DNA from: Candidatus Woesearchaeota archaeon
GTDB lineage: Archaea; Nanobdellota; Nanobdellia; Woesearchaeales; ARS49
Reading direction: 5' to 3'
Length of the DNA stretch: 64,000 nt
NCBI GenBank assembly: GCA_018302815.1
Contig: JAGVZE010000009.1
Location: 56,149 to 120,148, forward strand
Below the pieces are notes generated by a model. The model made no database searches. It saw only the letters and a program-made list of their open reading frames with translations, and had not been told where the DNA came from. Positions 53,283-63,664 of the stretch are shown in pieces (the first letter of the stretch is position 1; each line of letters starts with the position of its first letter). A program made the translations under genes and the position numbers.

Positions 53283-55328
53283 ATGCAACTCAACTGGGTG
53301 AACATTCACAACATACGAAGCTATACAAACGCCCGAATAGAATTCCCAACAGGCATTGTCATGCTATCAGGAGACATCGGCTGCGGAAAAAGCACTATAC
53401 TGCAAGCGATAGAATTCGCGCTTTTCGGGCTCTTGCGCGCGGAATTATCAGGAAACTCCCTGCTTCGAAACGGCGCTCTCAACGGCAGCGCAGAATTATG
53501 CTTTTCAATCGGACCAAACAAATACATCATAAAGCGAACCCTCAAACGCGGCAAAAGCGTCGAACAAGACGCAGGATACCTCATCACTAACGACGTCAAA
53601 CAAGAAGCCACAGCCACAGAACTAAAAAGCAAAATCCTCGAACTGCTCGGCTACCCTGAAGACCAACTCACCAAAGCCAAAAATTATCTTTATCGATACA
53701 CAGTCTACACCCCGCAAGAAGAAATGAAACGCATAATCCTTGAAGAAAATGAGCAAAGAGTGTCTCTTCTTCGAAAAGTCTTCGACATAGACAAATACGC
53801 GCGCATAAAAACCAACGCCGCGACATACGCCAAAGCCCTTCGCGAAAGAAAACGCGCATTCGAAGCTGCCAGCGCAGACCTTCCCGAAAAAAGAAAACAA
53901 GCCGAACAATGCGAACACGAACTCGCCATTTGCGACAAACAACTAAAAGAACTCGCGCCGCAGCTCTCAATATCAAAAGACTTTCTAATAAAAGCCAAAC
54001 AAGACATTTTGGAACTTGAGAACAAACGCTCGCAGGCGGAAAACACTTTACGCGAATTCCACGTCAAAAAAACACAACTCGCATCCAAAGAACAACAGCA
54101 GAACGCAGTGTTATCTGATCTAAAAATCCTAACTGAACAAACAGCGACAATACCTGAACAAACACCCATTGAACAGCCAATCGCGCCCGCACTCCAATCC
54201 ATCCAAAAAGATATCCTGCTAAAAGAGGCGCAGCTTCGCAGCTCCACGATCAAAACAACGGAATTCACAACGCTAAAAAAACAGGCAAGAGAAAGCTCGC
54301 AAAAAATCATCAGCCTCGCGCAATGCCCGACCTGCCTTCAGACAGTCAGCGACGGACACAAACACTCCATCATCTCAAAACAAGAACAAACCATCGAAGA
54401 ATACGACTCACACATTTTAAACCACAAAAACGCAACACAAGCCGCTGAAAAAGAGCTGAGCGAACTTAAAACCAGGCTTGAGGAATTGCGAAAACAGGAA
54501 AGAGACTTCGCAGTCAATTCTGCGCGAGCAAAACACAAAGAGCAGTTGACTGTCAGAAAAACAATGCTCGAAAGCCAACACTCAATCATCTCACAAAGCA
54601 TCCAAACCTTGCGCCAAGAAACAATACTGCTCGAACAGCAGACAAAACTTAACACTGAACTTACCAACACATATGAAACTGCCAGAAAAACACTTGACGA
54701 CGCAGGAGCGCTTGAACGCTCCCTTAGCATACAGCACGCGGGACTCTTCCAGAAAAAAGAAACACTTTCAAGAACTTTGATAATCCACAAAATAGACATA
54801 GAACGCAAAGAAAAAGCCATAGCGCAGCTCGATACGACAAACAAACGGCACTATTTTGTCACAGACTACTTCACGCCCCTGCTTGACATAATGGAAAAAC
54901 ACGTCATGGCGAGAATCCACCACGAATTCGACGCGCTATTCCAACAATGGTTCGCAATGCTCGTAGAAGACCTGATGACCGCGCGATTGGATGATACGTA
55001 CACGCCAATAATCTCGCAGAACGGATACGACACCGAAGTTGAAAACCTGAGCGGAGGAGAAAAAACAGCGTGCGCACTCGCATACCGCCTCGCATTGAAC
55101 AAGACAATCAACTCGCTCATTTCAGGAATAAAAACAAAAGACCTGCTGATACTTGATGAACCAACCGATGGATTCTCAGCAGAACAGCTAGACAAACTGC
55201 GCGATGTGCTCTCGCAGCTGAACCTCAATCAAATCATCATCGTAAGCCACGAACAAAAAGTTGAGGGCTTCGCTAACCAAGTCATAAGAATTCGAAAAGA
55301 GAATCACCAGAGCATCATCAGCGCTTGA
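53283..55328 (+). CDS. Rad50/SbcC-like ATPase with coiled coil and CPTC zinc hook
   Basis: 'VMLSGDIGCGKSTILQAIEFALFG' is the Walker A. The long coiled coil has a central 'AQCPTCLQTV' zinc hook. 'LSGGEKTACALAYRLAL' is the signature motif and 'LLILDEPTDGF' the Walker B/D-loop. At 681 aa it is short for an archaeal Rad50. Confidence 0.75.
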   Translation: MQLNWVNIHNIRSYTNARIEFPTGIVMLSGDIGCGKSTILQAIEFALFGLLRAELSGNSLLRNGALNGSAELCFSIGPNKYIIKRTLKRGKSVEQDAGYLITNDVKQEATATELKSKILELLGYPEDQLTKAKNYLYRYTVYTPQEEMKRIILEENEQRVSLLRKVFDIDKYARIKTNAATYAKALRERKRAFEAASADLPEKRKQAEQCEHELAICDKQLKELAPQLSISKDFLIKAKQDILELENKRSQAENTLREFHVKKTQLASKEQQQNAVLSDLKILTEQTATIPEQTPIEQPIAPALQSIQKDILLKEAQLRSSTIKTTEFTTLKKQARESSQKIISLAQCPTCLQTVSDGHKHSIISKQEQTIEEYDSHILNHKNATQAAEKELSELKTRLEELRKQERDFAVNSARAKHKEQLTVRKTMLESQHSIISQSIQTLRQETILLEQQTKLNTELTNTYETARKTLDDAGALERSLSIQHAGLFQKKETLSRTLIIHKIDIERKEKAIAQLDTTNKRHYFVTDYFTPLLDIMEKHVMARIHHEFDALFQQWFAMLVEDLMTARLDDTYTPIISQNGYDTEVENLSGGEKTACALAYRLALNKTINSLISGIKTKDLLILDEPTDGFSAEQLDKLRDVLSQLNLNQIIIVSHEQKVEGFANQVIRIRKENHQSIISA

Positions 55329-55938
55329 AAACGCAATCGACTTCATCTTTTAACTGCTGGAAAAGCACAGAATGAACAGAGCCTTCGCTGCGCTTGATGA
55401 AAATCTTCGCAAGCTCAGTGTAATACCACTGCTGCTCCACTTTGCCCTTGTGGAATTTTAACCAAGTGACTTCTCCGCGATTCTGCAAGTCGATTTTTGT
55501 CGAACGGATGTTGTCAAGCTTATCAGCGCAAGCGACAAGCAGAACGTCAACCGGAGCGGTCTTTAGAAACTCAATAGTGTGCTTCTTGCGAACTTCCCAC
55601 GGCTCGTTGTTGTGGTGAGGCTCTGTGCACCCCTCAACAATAAAAGCCACACGCTCGCCGAACTCTTTTTTAATATCCTCAAGAGTGAACTTGGTGTCTT
55701 CAACAACATCATGCAAAAGCGCGGCGATAACAACATCCTCCTCGCACCCAAGCTCTATCAGAGTTCTTGCCGCGCCCAGAGGGTGAACGATATACGGAAC
55801 TGCAGTTCCCTTGCGATACTGCCCTCTGTGTGCCATTGCCGCGAATTCGACTGCCCTGAACATACGCTCATTGCGCGCAGGCACGTTTTCCTCGTTCATA
55901 TATTTGGGAGAAATCGAGCGGTATAAAAAAGTACCCAA
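55318..55938 (-). CDS. HD-domain (p)ppGpp-hydrolase-like protein (SpoT/Mesh1-type small alarmone hydrolase)
   Basis: 'AHRGQYRKGTAVPYIVHPLGAARTLIELGCEEDVVIAALLHDVVEDT' is the canonical Rel/Spo HD hydrolase motif set (HxGQxRK...PYIxHP...LLHDxxEDT). Confidence 0.7.
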   Translation of the reverse strand: MGTFLYRSISPKYMNEENVPARNERMFRAVEFAAMAHRGQYRKGTAVPYIVHPLGAARTLIELGCEEDVVIAALLHDVVEDTKFTLEDIKKEFGERVAFIVEGCTEPHHNNEPWEVRKKHTIEFLKTAPVDVLLVACADKLDNIRSTKIDLQNRGEVTWLKFHKGKVEQQWYYTELAKIFIKRSEGSVHSVLFQQLKDEVDCVFKR

Positions 55939-55971
55939 ACGCTTAAATGCGCAAACAGCTAAAATAAAAAA

Positions 55972-56469
55972 ATGATCGAATGGATAGCACTCATCATCCT
56001 GCTCTTATTTTGCACCGCAGGACTCGTCTTATGTTTGACAGGAATAGGAGGAACTTTCATGATGTTTTTAGGAGCGCTCCTCTATAACTTACTGCTTTGG
56101 AACATGAACATTTCGTTAAACACACTTGCAATACTATTTGTTTTAGCTTTCGCAGGAGAAGTGCTTGAATGGATGCTGACTCTTGTCGGCGTTAAGTCGC
56201 AGGGCGTCTCGCGCTACGGACTCATCGGAACAATCGCAGGAGCAGTAGTTGGCGGAATGCTCCTTAGCATATTCCCCATAATAGGAACAATAATAGGCAT
56301 CTTCCTTGGCTCGCTAATAGGCGCGTTCCTTTTAGAATTATACAACGCACGCGACACAAGAAGAGCATTCAAAGCGGCAAAAGCCGCAGTGCTTGGACGA
56401 ATGCTCACCTCGGTTTGCAAAACAACAATCGCGCTCATTCAAATATTAATAATTGTAAGAACCATTTAA
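55972..56469 (+). CDS. DUF456-like small membrane protein
   Basis: 165 aa with four hydrophobic helices and Gly-rich TM segments (GTIAGAVVGGML). Confidence 0.45.
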   Translation: MIEWIALIILLLFCTAGLVLCLTGIGGTFMMFLGALLYNLLLWNMNISLNTLAILFVLAFAGEVLEWMLTLVGVKSQGVSRYGLIGTIAGAVVGGMLLSIFPIIGTIIGIFLGSLIGAFLLELYNARDTRRAFKAAKAAVLGRMLTSVCKTTIALIQILIIVRTI

Positions 56470-56999
56470 AGCTGTTTTTTCACATAATCAAGCCAAGAAA
56501 GCGCCCTGCGCGCTTCTTGAGACTGGCGCACCGCATCCAAAGACTGCACACAGAACGCAAGCGCCTGATCAAGCGTGTACTGCTGATTATTTACCAAAAT
56601 CATCTTGCCGCTACCTTTTGAAACACCTGCAAGCGAATCTTTGGCCTTTTTGAAATCGCCCTGGCTTGCATCGAAAAACGCAGAATCAAACAAAACCCGC
56701 TCAGAAGAAACATCCGGAACTTTGGTGGAAGGCCTATTTCCCGCAAGAACTTGAAACGCCTGAACCGGATTATTCGCGCGCAGAAATTTCTCGGCAATAT
56801 CAACTGCAAGCACATAAGAAAGCGAAGTTCCAGCACCCATGTCAGTCATATCGCTCAATGACTCGAGTTGGAAACTATTTTTTAACCCAACAAGCAGCTT
56901 GAGCGCAGTATTGACATCGCCTGCAGAGATTACGGCGCGTATTTTCTTGATCTCGCCGGCAACATAATCCATGTTCCTAATAGTATCCTCAAAAGACAT
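56466..56999 (-). CDS. hypothetical protein
   Basis: 177-aa ORF. No motif recognised. Confidence 0.35.
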   Translation of the reverse strand: MSFEDTIRNMDYVAGEIKKIRAVISAGDVNTALKLLVGLKNSFQLESLSDMTDMGAGTSLSYVLAVDIAEKFLRANNPVQAFQVLAGNRPSTKVPDVSSERVLFDSAFFDASQGDFKKAKDSLAGVSKGSGKMILVNNQQYTLDQALAFCVQSLDAVRQSQEARRALSWLDYVKKQL

Positions 57000-57052
57000 A
57001 TGACTCTTGACAGAAGAACACTATTAAAAGATTCATCAAAACCCAAAAGTAG

Positions 57053-57784
57053 TCACATCTTCAGCTCATAATTAAAATCTTTCACGCGCGTCTTCCACTC
57101 GAAGAGCTTCGCGCGCTCATCGGTCAACGGATACGGCATGTGCAGACATTTGACACCGGTGTATGCCACGCACTTGAAACCGTTCGCGCGCGCGTCCACA
57201 AAAAACGCTATGTCCTCACCGCCCGTGCTTGACTTTCCGAATGTGCGGATATCAACTTTCTCAAGAACTTTGCGCGAGATTAGAACGCAGCCAAGCCCTG
57301 CCGCGCCAATATCGATAAGCTTAGGCTGAGCTACACCCTCATAAGTATACTGCTGGCAGTCACCACCACCCAAATCCTTGTAAAGAACAGGAGCGATAAC
57401 TTCTTTGCCCTCGATTTGGAAAACGCTCAAATACGCGCCTGAAGCGACATCAGCTTTTGTCTGAAGCAGGAACTCTATCGCCCTTGCAGGAAGCATTATG
57501 TCGCTATCGAGGAAAAGCAAATAATCATAACCCTTTTTGAGAGCATACTGCCGCAAATACTTGCGATTGTTGACTATATTCCCTATGCGTGTTTTGCTTG
57601 GCTCAGGAGCCTCAACTGCCTCAAAACCCTTGGAACGAATAAGCGTAGCGTACGCGGACTCACCGTGATTCACGATGAATATGACATCCGCCTTCACAGT
57701 CTGCTTCTTTATGCAATCTATCAGCAAGTCAAGACAGTAGCGCTGTTTGCCGTACGTCGGGATACCGATGAGGATTTTTGGCAT
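57053..57784 (-). CDS. family 2 glycosyltransferase
   Basis: 'ILIGIPTYGKQ' is the GT-A N-terminus and 'LFLDSDIMLP' the DxD motif. Confidence 0.7.
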   Translation of the reverse strand: MPKILIGIPTYGKQRYCLDLLIDCIKKQTVKADVIFIVNHGESAYATLIRSKGFEAVEAPEPSKTRIGNIVNNRKYLRQYALKKGYDYLLFLDSDIMLPARAIEFLLQTKADVASGAYLSVFQIEGKEVIAPVLYKDLGGGDCQQYTYEGVAQPKLIDIGAAGLGCVLISRKVLEKVDIRTFGKSSTGGEDIAFFVDARANGFKCVAYTGVKCLHMPYPLTDERAKLFEWKTRVKDFNYELKM

Positions 57785-57908
57785 ACGGTACGCTCGATTC
57801 AGGGGCTATAAATATATTGTGCTAGATAAATATCTTCAATATAGATAAAAATAACTTCTTCGTCACAATGTTTAAATAACAACATCCCCCACAGAACCCT
57901 GAAAAAGA

Positions 57909-59987
57909 ATGGTGAAAATAACGCAGGTGCGCAAGCGCGACGGCAGATTAGAACAGTTCCAACCTGAAAAAATCAAGGCGGCAATAGAGAAAACGTTCCT
58001 TGCGCTCAAACGCAAAGACGCAAAATCAGCGGCAAAAGCCACCGAACAAGTCCTAAAAGAAATCGATAAATACTTCACTCACAACGTCATTCCCACAGTC
58101 GAAGACATCCAAGACATCGTAGAAGAGACTCTTCTTAAGAATAAATTCGCGGACGCCGCAAAAGCATTCATACTCTATCGCGAAAAACACAAAGAACTAC
58201 GCGAGTTCAAAACATTCCTTGGAGTGCGCGACGAACTCAAACTCCCAACAAACGCCATCAGAGTCCTTGCCGCGCGATATCTTTTGCGCGACGAAAAAGG
58301 CCACATCACAGAAACACCAGCAAGGCTGTTTAGACGAGTAGCCAAGACTGTCGCGCAAGCGGACGCACTCTACACCAAAGGAACACTCAAAAAAACCGAA
58401 GACACATTCTACGACATGATGGCAAACCTAGAATTTTTGCCCAACACTCCGACACTAATGAACGCAGGAGCTCCCCTTGGCCAACTAAGCGCGTGCTTCG
58501 TCCTTCCAATAGAAGACAGCCTGCCCGACATTTTCAACGCGGTCAAATACACCGCAATAGTCCACCAAAGCGGAGGAGGCACAGGATTTAGCTTCTCATC
58601 GCTGCGACCAAAAGGAGACATAGTAAAAACAACAAAAGGAGTCGCATCAGGACCTGTAAGCTTCATGAACGTCTTTGACATCACAACTGAAGTTCTAAAG
58701 CAAGGCGGAAAACGAAGAGGCGCAAACATGGGAATCCTTTCCTGCGATCACCCAGACATACTAGAATTCATCACTGCGAAATCCACCGAAGGCAAACTCT
58801 CAAACTTCAACCTATCAGTATCCGTTACAGATGCATTCATTGAAGCTGCGCAAAAAAACAAAGAATACGCGCTCATAAACCCGCGAACAAAAGAGAAAAC
58901 ACGCACGATAAACGCCAAACAAATCCTGGATCTGATTGTAGACAACGCTTGGAAAAATGGAGACCCCGGACTTATATTCATAGACGAAATAAACCGCAAA
59001 AATCCCACAGCTGCGCTTGGCAAGATACAAAGCACCAACCCCTGCGGAGAACAGCCATTGCACCCGAATGAAAGCTGCAACCTTGGAAGCATCAACCTCA
59101 CACGAATGCTCAAAAACGGAAAATTTGACTGGGACAAATTCAAAAAAACAATCCACAACGCAGTCCACTTCCTAGACAACGTAATTGACGTCAACAAGTA
59201 TCCTCTTCCGCAAATCGAAGAAACAACAAAAGCGAACAGGCGCGTAGGACTTGGAGTCATGGGCTTTGCCGAACTGCTCATAAACCTAGGACTGCCATAC
59301 GATTCTACTTTGGCGCTAAAGCTAGCGGAAAAACTCGCCAAATTCCTAAACGATGAAGCTCGAAAAGCCAGCAACAAATTCGCCGAAGAAAGAGGAAGCT
59401 TTCCCAACTTTGAAAGAAGCACGCACAAAGAAACGCTCAAAGCCACACGAAACGCCACAGTCACAACAATCGCCCCGACCGGAACAATATCCATAATCGC
59501 AGCAGCCACCTCAGGAATAGAACCGCTATTCGCAGTAACATTCGTTCGCAACGTCCTTTCAGGAGCGCACCTACTAGAAACAAATCCCTCTTTCGAAACT
59601 ATCGCTCGCAAAAAAGGATTCGCATCCAAAGCGCTAATGCTCAAAATCGCGAAAACCGGAAGCGTACAAGGACTCAAAGAAGTGCCTAAAGACATCCAAA
59701 AAATATTCAAGACCGCGCTTGAAATCAAGCCCGAAATCCACGTCAAAATGCAGGCAGCATGGCAAAAATACTGCGACAACGCAGTCAGCAAGACAATAAA
59801 CCTACCGGAAAACTGCAAACCTGACGATGTCAAAAAAGCATACCTTCTCGCGCACAAACTAAAATGCAAAGGCATCACAGTCTACAGATACGGCAGCAAA
59901 AAAGAACAAGTGCTCACCACAGCTGAAGTCGTAATCGCACAAAGCGACTTTGCCGGCGGCAACATCTGCAACGAATGCCTCTTCTAG
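57909..59987 (+). CDS. nrdJ: adenosylcobalamin-dependent ribonucleotide reductase (class II, NrdJ) with an N-terminal ATP-cone
   Basis: 'VRKRDGRLEQFQPEKI' is the ATP-cone. 'NPCGEQPL' is the catalytic Cys loop. The C-terminal redox pair is 'CNECLF'. 692 aa. Confidence 0.9.
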   Translation: MVKITQVRKRDGRLEQFQPEKIKAAIEKTFLALKRKDAKSAAKATEQVLKEIDKYFTHNVIPTVEDIQDIVEETLLKNKFADAAKAFILYREKHKELREFKTFLGVRDELKLPTNAIRVLAARYLLRDEKGHITETPARLFRRVAKTVAQADALYTKGTLKKTEDTFYDMMANLEFLPNTPTLMNAGAPLGQLSACFVLPIEDSLPDIFNAVKYTAIVHQSGGGTGFSFSSLRPKGDIVKTTKGVASGPVSFMNVFDITTEVLKQGGKRRGANMGILSCDHPDILEFITAKSTEGKLSNFNLSVSVTDAFIEAAQKNKEYALINPRTKEKTRTINAKQILDLIVDNAWKNGDPGLIFIDEINRKNPTAALGKIQSTNPCGEQPLHPNESCNLGSINLTRMLKNGKFDWDKFKKTIHNAVHFLDNVIDVNKYPLPQIEETTKANRRVGLGVMGFAELLINLGLPYDSTLALKLAEKLAKFLNDEARKASNKFAEERGSFPNFERSTHKETLKATRNATVTTIAPTGTISIIAAATSGIEPLFAVTFVRNVLSGAHLLETNPSFETIARKKGFASKALMLKIAKTGSVQGLKEVPKDIQKIFKTALEIKPEIHVKMQAAWQKYCDNAVSKTINLPENCKPDDVKKAYLLAHKLKCKGITVYRYGSKKEQVLTTAEVVIAQSDFAGGNICNECLF

Positions 59988-60752
59988 TTGCCACTCACTC
60001 ATCCTCAAACAACCTTTTATAGTACACCCGCTTACCAACAACTGGTGGAACAACACCTACGCGCTGCCATCGAGCGAACCGGCTATTGCATAGCGCTAGA
60101 AATCACCAGCTCTGTCTCGGATTATCACTTCAAAACACTCGAAGCCCAATGGGGCAAGGAACACATAGAAAAACTAACCCGCGCGAACGTCCATAGCGGA
60201 CTCATATTCTACCGCGACGCCGCATCTGAAATAACCGAAGGCAAAGTCGACTACCTAGCGCAGCTGCGAGGCTATGAACCTGCCAAAAGCATACAAGCTC
60301 TGAACCGCATAACAACGCGCCTGCACGAACGAGACAAAGAAATAGCCGCATTCTTCGCAGACCAAATAATAGACCTTGGAACAAAACTCGAAGAGCTAAT
60401 ATTCAGCGACCCTGCCAGTTGGAACGACCTTAGACACAAAGTCAAACCAGTCATACGCGCAGACAGCCACAAAGACTATTCAAACAAGATAAGCCAGATA
60501 AAAGGCGCGCTAGTCGAAGAATACACCAAACTCATATTTGAAGAGCTCTTACCCACCGCGGTCAAAATACACCGATACGAATACACTCACCGCAACAGAG
60601 GCAGAAACAAAGGAATAGACATCGACCTAATAATCATAGACAAACCCGAACACATACATCAAGCGCTAAAAAATCCAAGATTCTTCATCGACAGAACACC
60701 AGACGGCGACAACAGAAGAACAGGCTCGCAAAGAGTCAGATTTGCCGGGTAA
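59988..60752 (+). CDS. hypothetical protein
   Basis: 254 aa. Begins directly after the nrdJ stop. Confidence 0.35.
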   Translation: MPLTHPQTTFYSTPAYQQLVEQHLRAAIERTGYCIALEITSSVSDYHFKTLEAQWGKEHIEKLTRANVHSGLIFYRDAASEITEGKVDYLAQLRGYEPAKSIQALNRITTRLHERDKEIAAFFADQIIDLGTKLEELIFSDPASWNDLRHKVKPVIRADSHKDYSNKISQIKGALVEEYTKLIFEELLPTAVKIHRYEYTHRNRGRNKGIDIDLIIIDKPEHIHQALKNPRFFIDRTPDGDNRRTGSQRVRFAG

Positions 60753-61212
60753 CAATAGTGTCCAAATTCAACTTATCCTTATCACCCATCTCGCACGGCA
60801 AGACACCAAGATATCTACTCACATAATAAGGCATACGCTCAATAGTAAGCATCATATCACCAGGAATATGCCGAGTACTCGCCTGCAAAACCTCAGCAGG
60901 ATCCATCTCTGCATGTTCACGGAATAAAACAACCGCTTTTTGGACCCACTCGGACCTCTCACGATGCGAATCATTAGAATAAAACTCCTGAAGAAAAATA
61001 CCCCTGTAGCTCTTCTCTTCACATTCAGGGTCGCCCATCAACAAAAACCCTTCACCATATTGATTAGTGCCTAAATAAACATCCTTCAAATCAGAAGCGA
61101 AAAAACCAAGAATCGAAGATTTCGCAAGCTGGAATCTGCGCGGAAAATAATTCTGCAACGTCGGGTGCGGCGCATCTTCACACGGAACCCACACAGGAGG
61201 AAATAAACGCAT
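60736..61212 (-). CDS. hypothetical protein
   Basis: 158-aa ORF. Confidence 0.35.
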   Translation of the reverse strand: MRLFPPVWVPCEDAPHPTLQNYFPRRFQLAKSSILGFFASDLKDVYLGTNQYGEGFLLMGDPECEEKSYRGIFLQEFYSNDSHRERSEWVQKAVVLFREHAEMDPAEVLQASTRHIPGDMMLTIERMPYYVSRYLGVLPCEMGDKDKLNLDTIVTRQI

Positions 61213-61278
61213 GAAGTTTTACAAAGGATGACTCGTTTAAAAGTATTGTGACCATCTTTTTAAAAAGAGCTGACACAT

Positions 61279-61701
61279 TTAAGCCCAATAATCAAAACGC
61301 GCCCTCGCGATACCCTGAACGCTCGTTACTAATGCCTGCCTCTCGCGATCAGGAACAGCAATATAATTCGCGCCCACTATATCCGCAATCGTGATTCCGA
61401 ACTTTGAAAGCGCGTCTTTTGCCGATTGAACACGAAGCGTCTTGTCACGAGAGATCGCATACTGCGCATCATGCTCTGTAACTGCTGCAATGACAGAAAT
61501 ATCACGTCCAGAGTATTTATCATTGCTATTGTGCCCCTCATTCACCAAAATCAGCTGGGCATTAAACTCAAGCCAGCGCAAGTAAACATCCAAAGGCTTA
61601 TGCCTAAACAACCTTGCCTGATGAAACTGATAAATCACACCTTCACGATAATTCCAAAGCTCCATAGGAGCCTTCTTCAAACGCTCCAAAAACAACCGCA
61701 T
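61279..61701 (-). CDS. hypothetical protein
   Basis: 140-aa ORF. Confidence 0.35.
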   Translation of the reverse strand: MRLFLERLKKAPMELWNYREGVIYQFHQARLFRHKPLDVYLRWLEFNAQLILVNEGHNSNDKYSGRDISVIAAVTEHDAQYAISRDKTLRVQSAKDALSKFGITIADIVGANYIAVPDRERQALVTSVQGIARARFDYWA

Positions 61702-61874
61702 TATTCCTCCTCAAGACGCTCCTCTTCCTCATCGCTCTCCTTGTGGACAGACTCATCATGCTCTTCTTTAGCCACATCCTTCTCACGACCCTCTATCTCA
61801 TTCCACAATTCCTGCACATCCTTCTTATGCTTCTTCTTATGCTCCGAAGGAGCCTCTTCATTAGGAGTTTCCAT
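61701..61874 (-). CDS. small acidic protein (57 aa)
   Basis: Read by hand: METPNEEAPSEHKKKHKKDVQELWNEIEGREKDVAKEEHDESVHKESDEEEERLEEE. Its stop overlaps the downstream start by 1 nt. Confidence 0.2.
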   Translation of the reverse strand: METPNEEAPSEHKKKHKKDVQELWNEIEGREKDVAKEEHDESVHKESDEEEERLEEE

Positions 61875-61938
61875 AATAAGAACAATCCTCTTGATTCTTT
61901 ATAAATATTATCAAAGAGAAAAAAACATGATGCGATAT

Positions 61939-62532
61939 TTATCGAGAAGCGTCAGCTTGTCGTTCCAATTCGCCCTTCTTGGACAAAGCCAAAGATTTAG
62001 CATCAAGCCTGTATGCCGCAAGAATCTCTTCAGCAAGAGCGTCTTCAATCGATTTCTTCTTATTGAAACTCTGCTCATACGCACCCTGAACGAACAAACG
62101 CAAAGCGACATCGATACGGCGTTGAGGAGAACAATCAACCGCCTTAGGATACCTCGCGCCACCATACTCGATAGCGACAATCTCCTCACGCGGAGCTGCA
62201 TTCTCAAGCGCTTTAACAAAAACCTTGATAGGATTCTCCTTTGTCCTATCCTCGATAATCTTAAAAGCAGAAGTCACTATTCCATACGCAGTAGAGCTCT
62301 TTCCCGTGATGTGTCCTGAACTTCGAAAATGCTTCTTAGCCTTGTGGCCAGGAACCATGACCTTGTTCAACAAACGCTCAACGATAAAAGTCTTAGACTT
62401 GTGGAACTTCCTTCCAGCGTACCTTGCGCCGGTCTTTGGAACAACACGCGGCTCCAAAGAAATATAGCGGACAAGACCCGCATCATCTACCTTGATGCCC
62501 TCAACGCTCCACTTGTTAAAAACATTGATCAT
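61939..62532 (-). CDS. rps7: 30S ribosomal protein S7 (uS7)
   Basis: '...SAFKIIEDRTKENPIKVFVKALENAAPREEIVAIEYGGARYPKAVDCSPQRRIDVALR' is typical uS7. Confidence 0.9.
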   Translation of the reverse strand: MINVFNKWSVEGIKVDDAGLVRYISLEPRVVPKTGARYAGRKFHKSKTFIVERLLNKVMVPGHKAKKHFRSSGHITGKSSTAYGIVTSAFKIIEDRTKENPIKVFVKALENAAPREEIVAIEYGGARYPKAVDCSPQRRIDVALRLFVQGAYEQSFNKKKSIEDALAEEILAAYRLDAKSLALSKKGELERQADASR

Positions 62533-62533
62533 T

Positions 62534-62971
62534 TTACTTTCTCGCCTTCTCTATCTTGCCCCTCAAAAGAGCATCGAGACTTTGACCGTTAACTTTGATA
62601 ACCTGCCACCTGACACCAGGGATATCTCCCTTTGACTTGCCCTGACAGCCGCCGATGCTCTCGATGAAAACCTCATCGTGCTCATCGACCATCTTCTGCG
62701 CGCCATCTCTTGGCATAAACGCGGTAACCTGACGTGAATTCTTAACAAGCTGGACACGACAACACTTCCTCATCGCTGAGTTCGGCTGCTTAGCCTCAAG
62801 CTGGATTTTTTCAAGAACAATACCACGAGCCTGGGAAGCGCCCTCTAATGGATCCGCTTTTCTCTTCAACTGAAGAGTCCTGCTGACAAAATTAGCATCG
62901 AGCCATCTACTGCTGTGACGTCTGCGCTTAAGCGCCTTTCCTGTCCTCAATCCATTTGATTTTCTTCCCAT
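62534..62971 (-). CDS. rps12: 30S ribosomal protein S12 (uS12)
   Basis: '[16 protein letters not shown]...[24 protein letters not shown]' is typical uS12. Confidence 0.9.
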   Translation of the reverse strand: MGRKSNGLRTGKALKRRRHSSRWLDANFVSRTLQLKRKADPLEGASQARGIVLEKIQLEAKQPNSAMRKCCRVQLVKNSRQVTAFMPRDGAQKMVDEHDEVFIESIGGCQGKSKGDIPGVRWQVIKVNGQSLDALLRGKIEKARK

Positions 62972-62972
62972 A

Positions 62973-63389
62973 CTAAACGACTCTCAATTCCTTAATCGGA
63001 AAATAACGCTTCACAATCGACTCAAAAAACCGAAGATTGGAAGCTCCACGCCCTATCAGCAAGCCTCGGCTTTTTAAATCTTTCGCATCCATAAAATACA
63101 CATCATCCTCGGCCCGAACCTCCCTAAGCTCTATCGGAGCCACCACATTTTGAATAAATAATGTAAGGTCCAAATTGAACTCGATGACCTTAACACGCCT
63201 CTTGAGCATATGCTCCAAATCACGGATATTCCTTCCGCCCTTTCCTATCGCCTTTGCGATTTCGCCTTCATTCACAATGAACACTATCTGCTCTTCATTC
63301 GGAATACAATCCTTGACGTGCGCTCCACTCATACGCTCAAAAAGAGCAATAGTCTGCATCGCCTGCGTGTCAAGAACAATCTTCATCAT
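62973..63389 (-). CDS. nusA: archaeal NusA-like protein (KH domains)
   Basis: '[25 protein letters not shown]' and '[20 protein letters not shown]' are two KH-type GxxG motifs. The start is taken at MMKIVLD, overlapping the L30e stop (ATGA type), rather than at the listed ORF start at 63428. Confidence 0.7.
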   Translation of the reverse strand: MMKIVLDTQAMQTIALFERMSGAHVKDCIPNEEQIVFIVNEGEIAKAIGKGGRNIRDLEHMLKRRVKVIEFNLDLTLFIQNVVAPIELREVRAEDDVYFMDAKDLKSRGLLIGRGASNLRFFESIVKRYFPIKELRVV

Positions 63390-63664
63390 ATCACGCTGAT
63401 AACAGAAACGCCAAAAGGCTTCTTGCAAATGACTCCAATCTCATCGCTTGCCTGCGAAAGCGTGACAAGCTCAACACCTGAAACTTTGCACAAATTCTCG
63501 ACATCAGACCTTACAACATCATTGCAAGTCGCGACTATGTACACCTTCTGAACGCCGCCCTTTCGCAACGCCTTAACCGTCTCCTCTGCTCCGAACAAAA
63601 GTTTCTTCGCAGTAAGAAGCTTCTTAAGCTCCACTGATAAATCGCTTGTTTCAATCTTTGCCAT
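63386..63664 (-). CDS. rpl30e: 50S ribosomal protein L30e
   Basis: 'LKKLLTAKKLLFGAEETVKALRKGGVQKVYIVATCNDVV' is typical L30e. 92 aa. Confidence 0.85.
   Translation of the reverse strand: MAKIETSDLSVELKKLLTAKKLLFGAEETVKALRKGGVQKVYIVATCNDVVRSDVENLCKVSGVELVTLSQASDEIGVICKKPFGVSVISVI

Noticed and set aside
53321-55228. Minus-strand ORFs of 67-201 aa
   Set aside because: They are antisense to the Rad50-like gene, which has all ATPase motifs in order. Their composition is Cys/Ser-rich junk.
58409-59878. 376-aa and other minus-strand ORFs
   Set aside because: They are antisense to nrdJ, which has the NPCGE active site and an ATP-cone. The long antisense frame is a by-product of codon bias.
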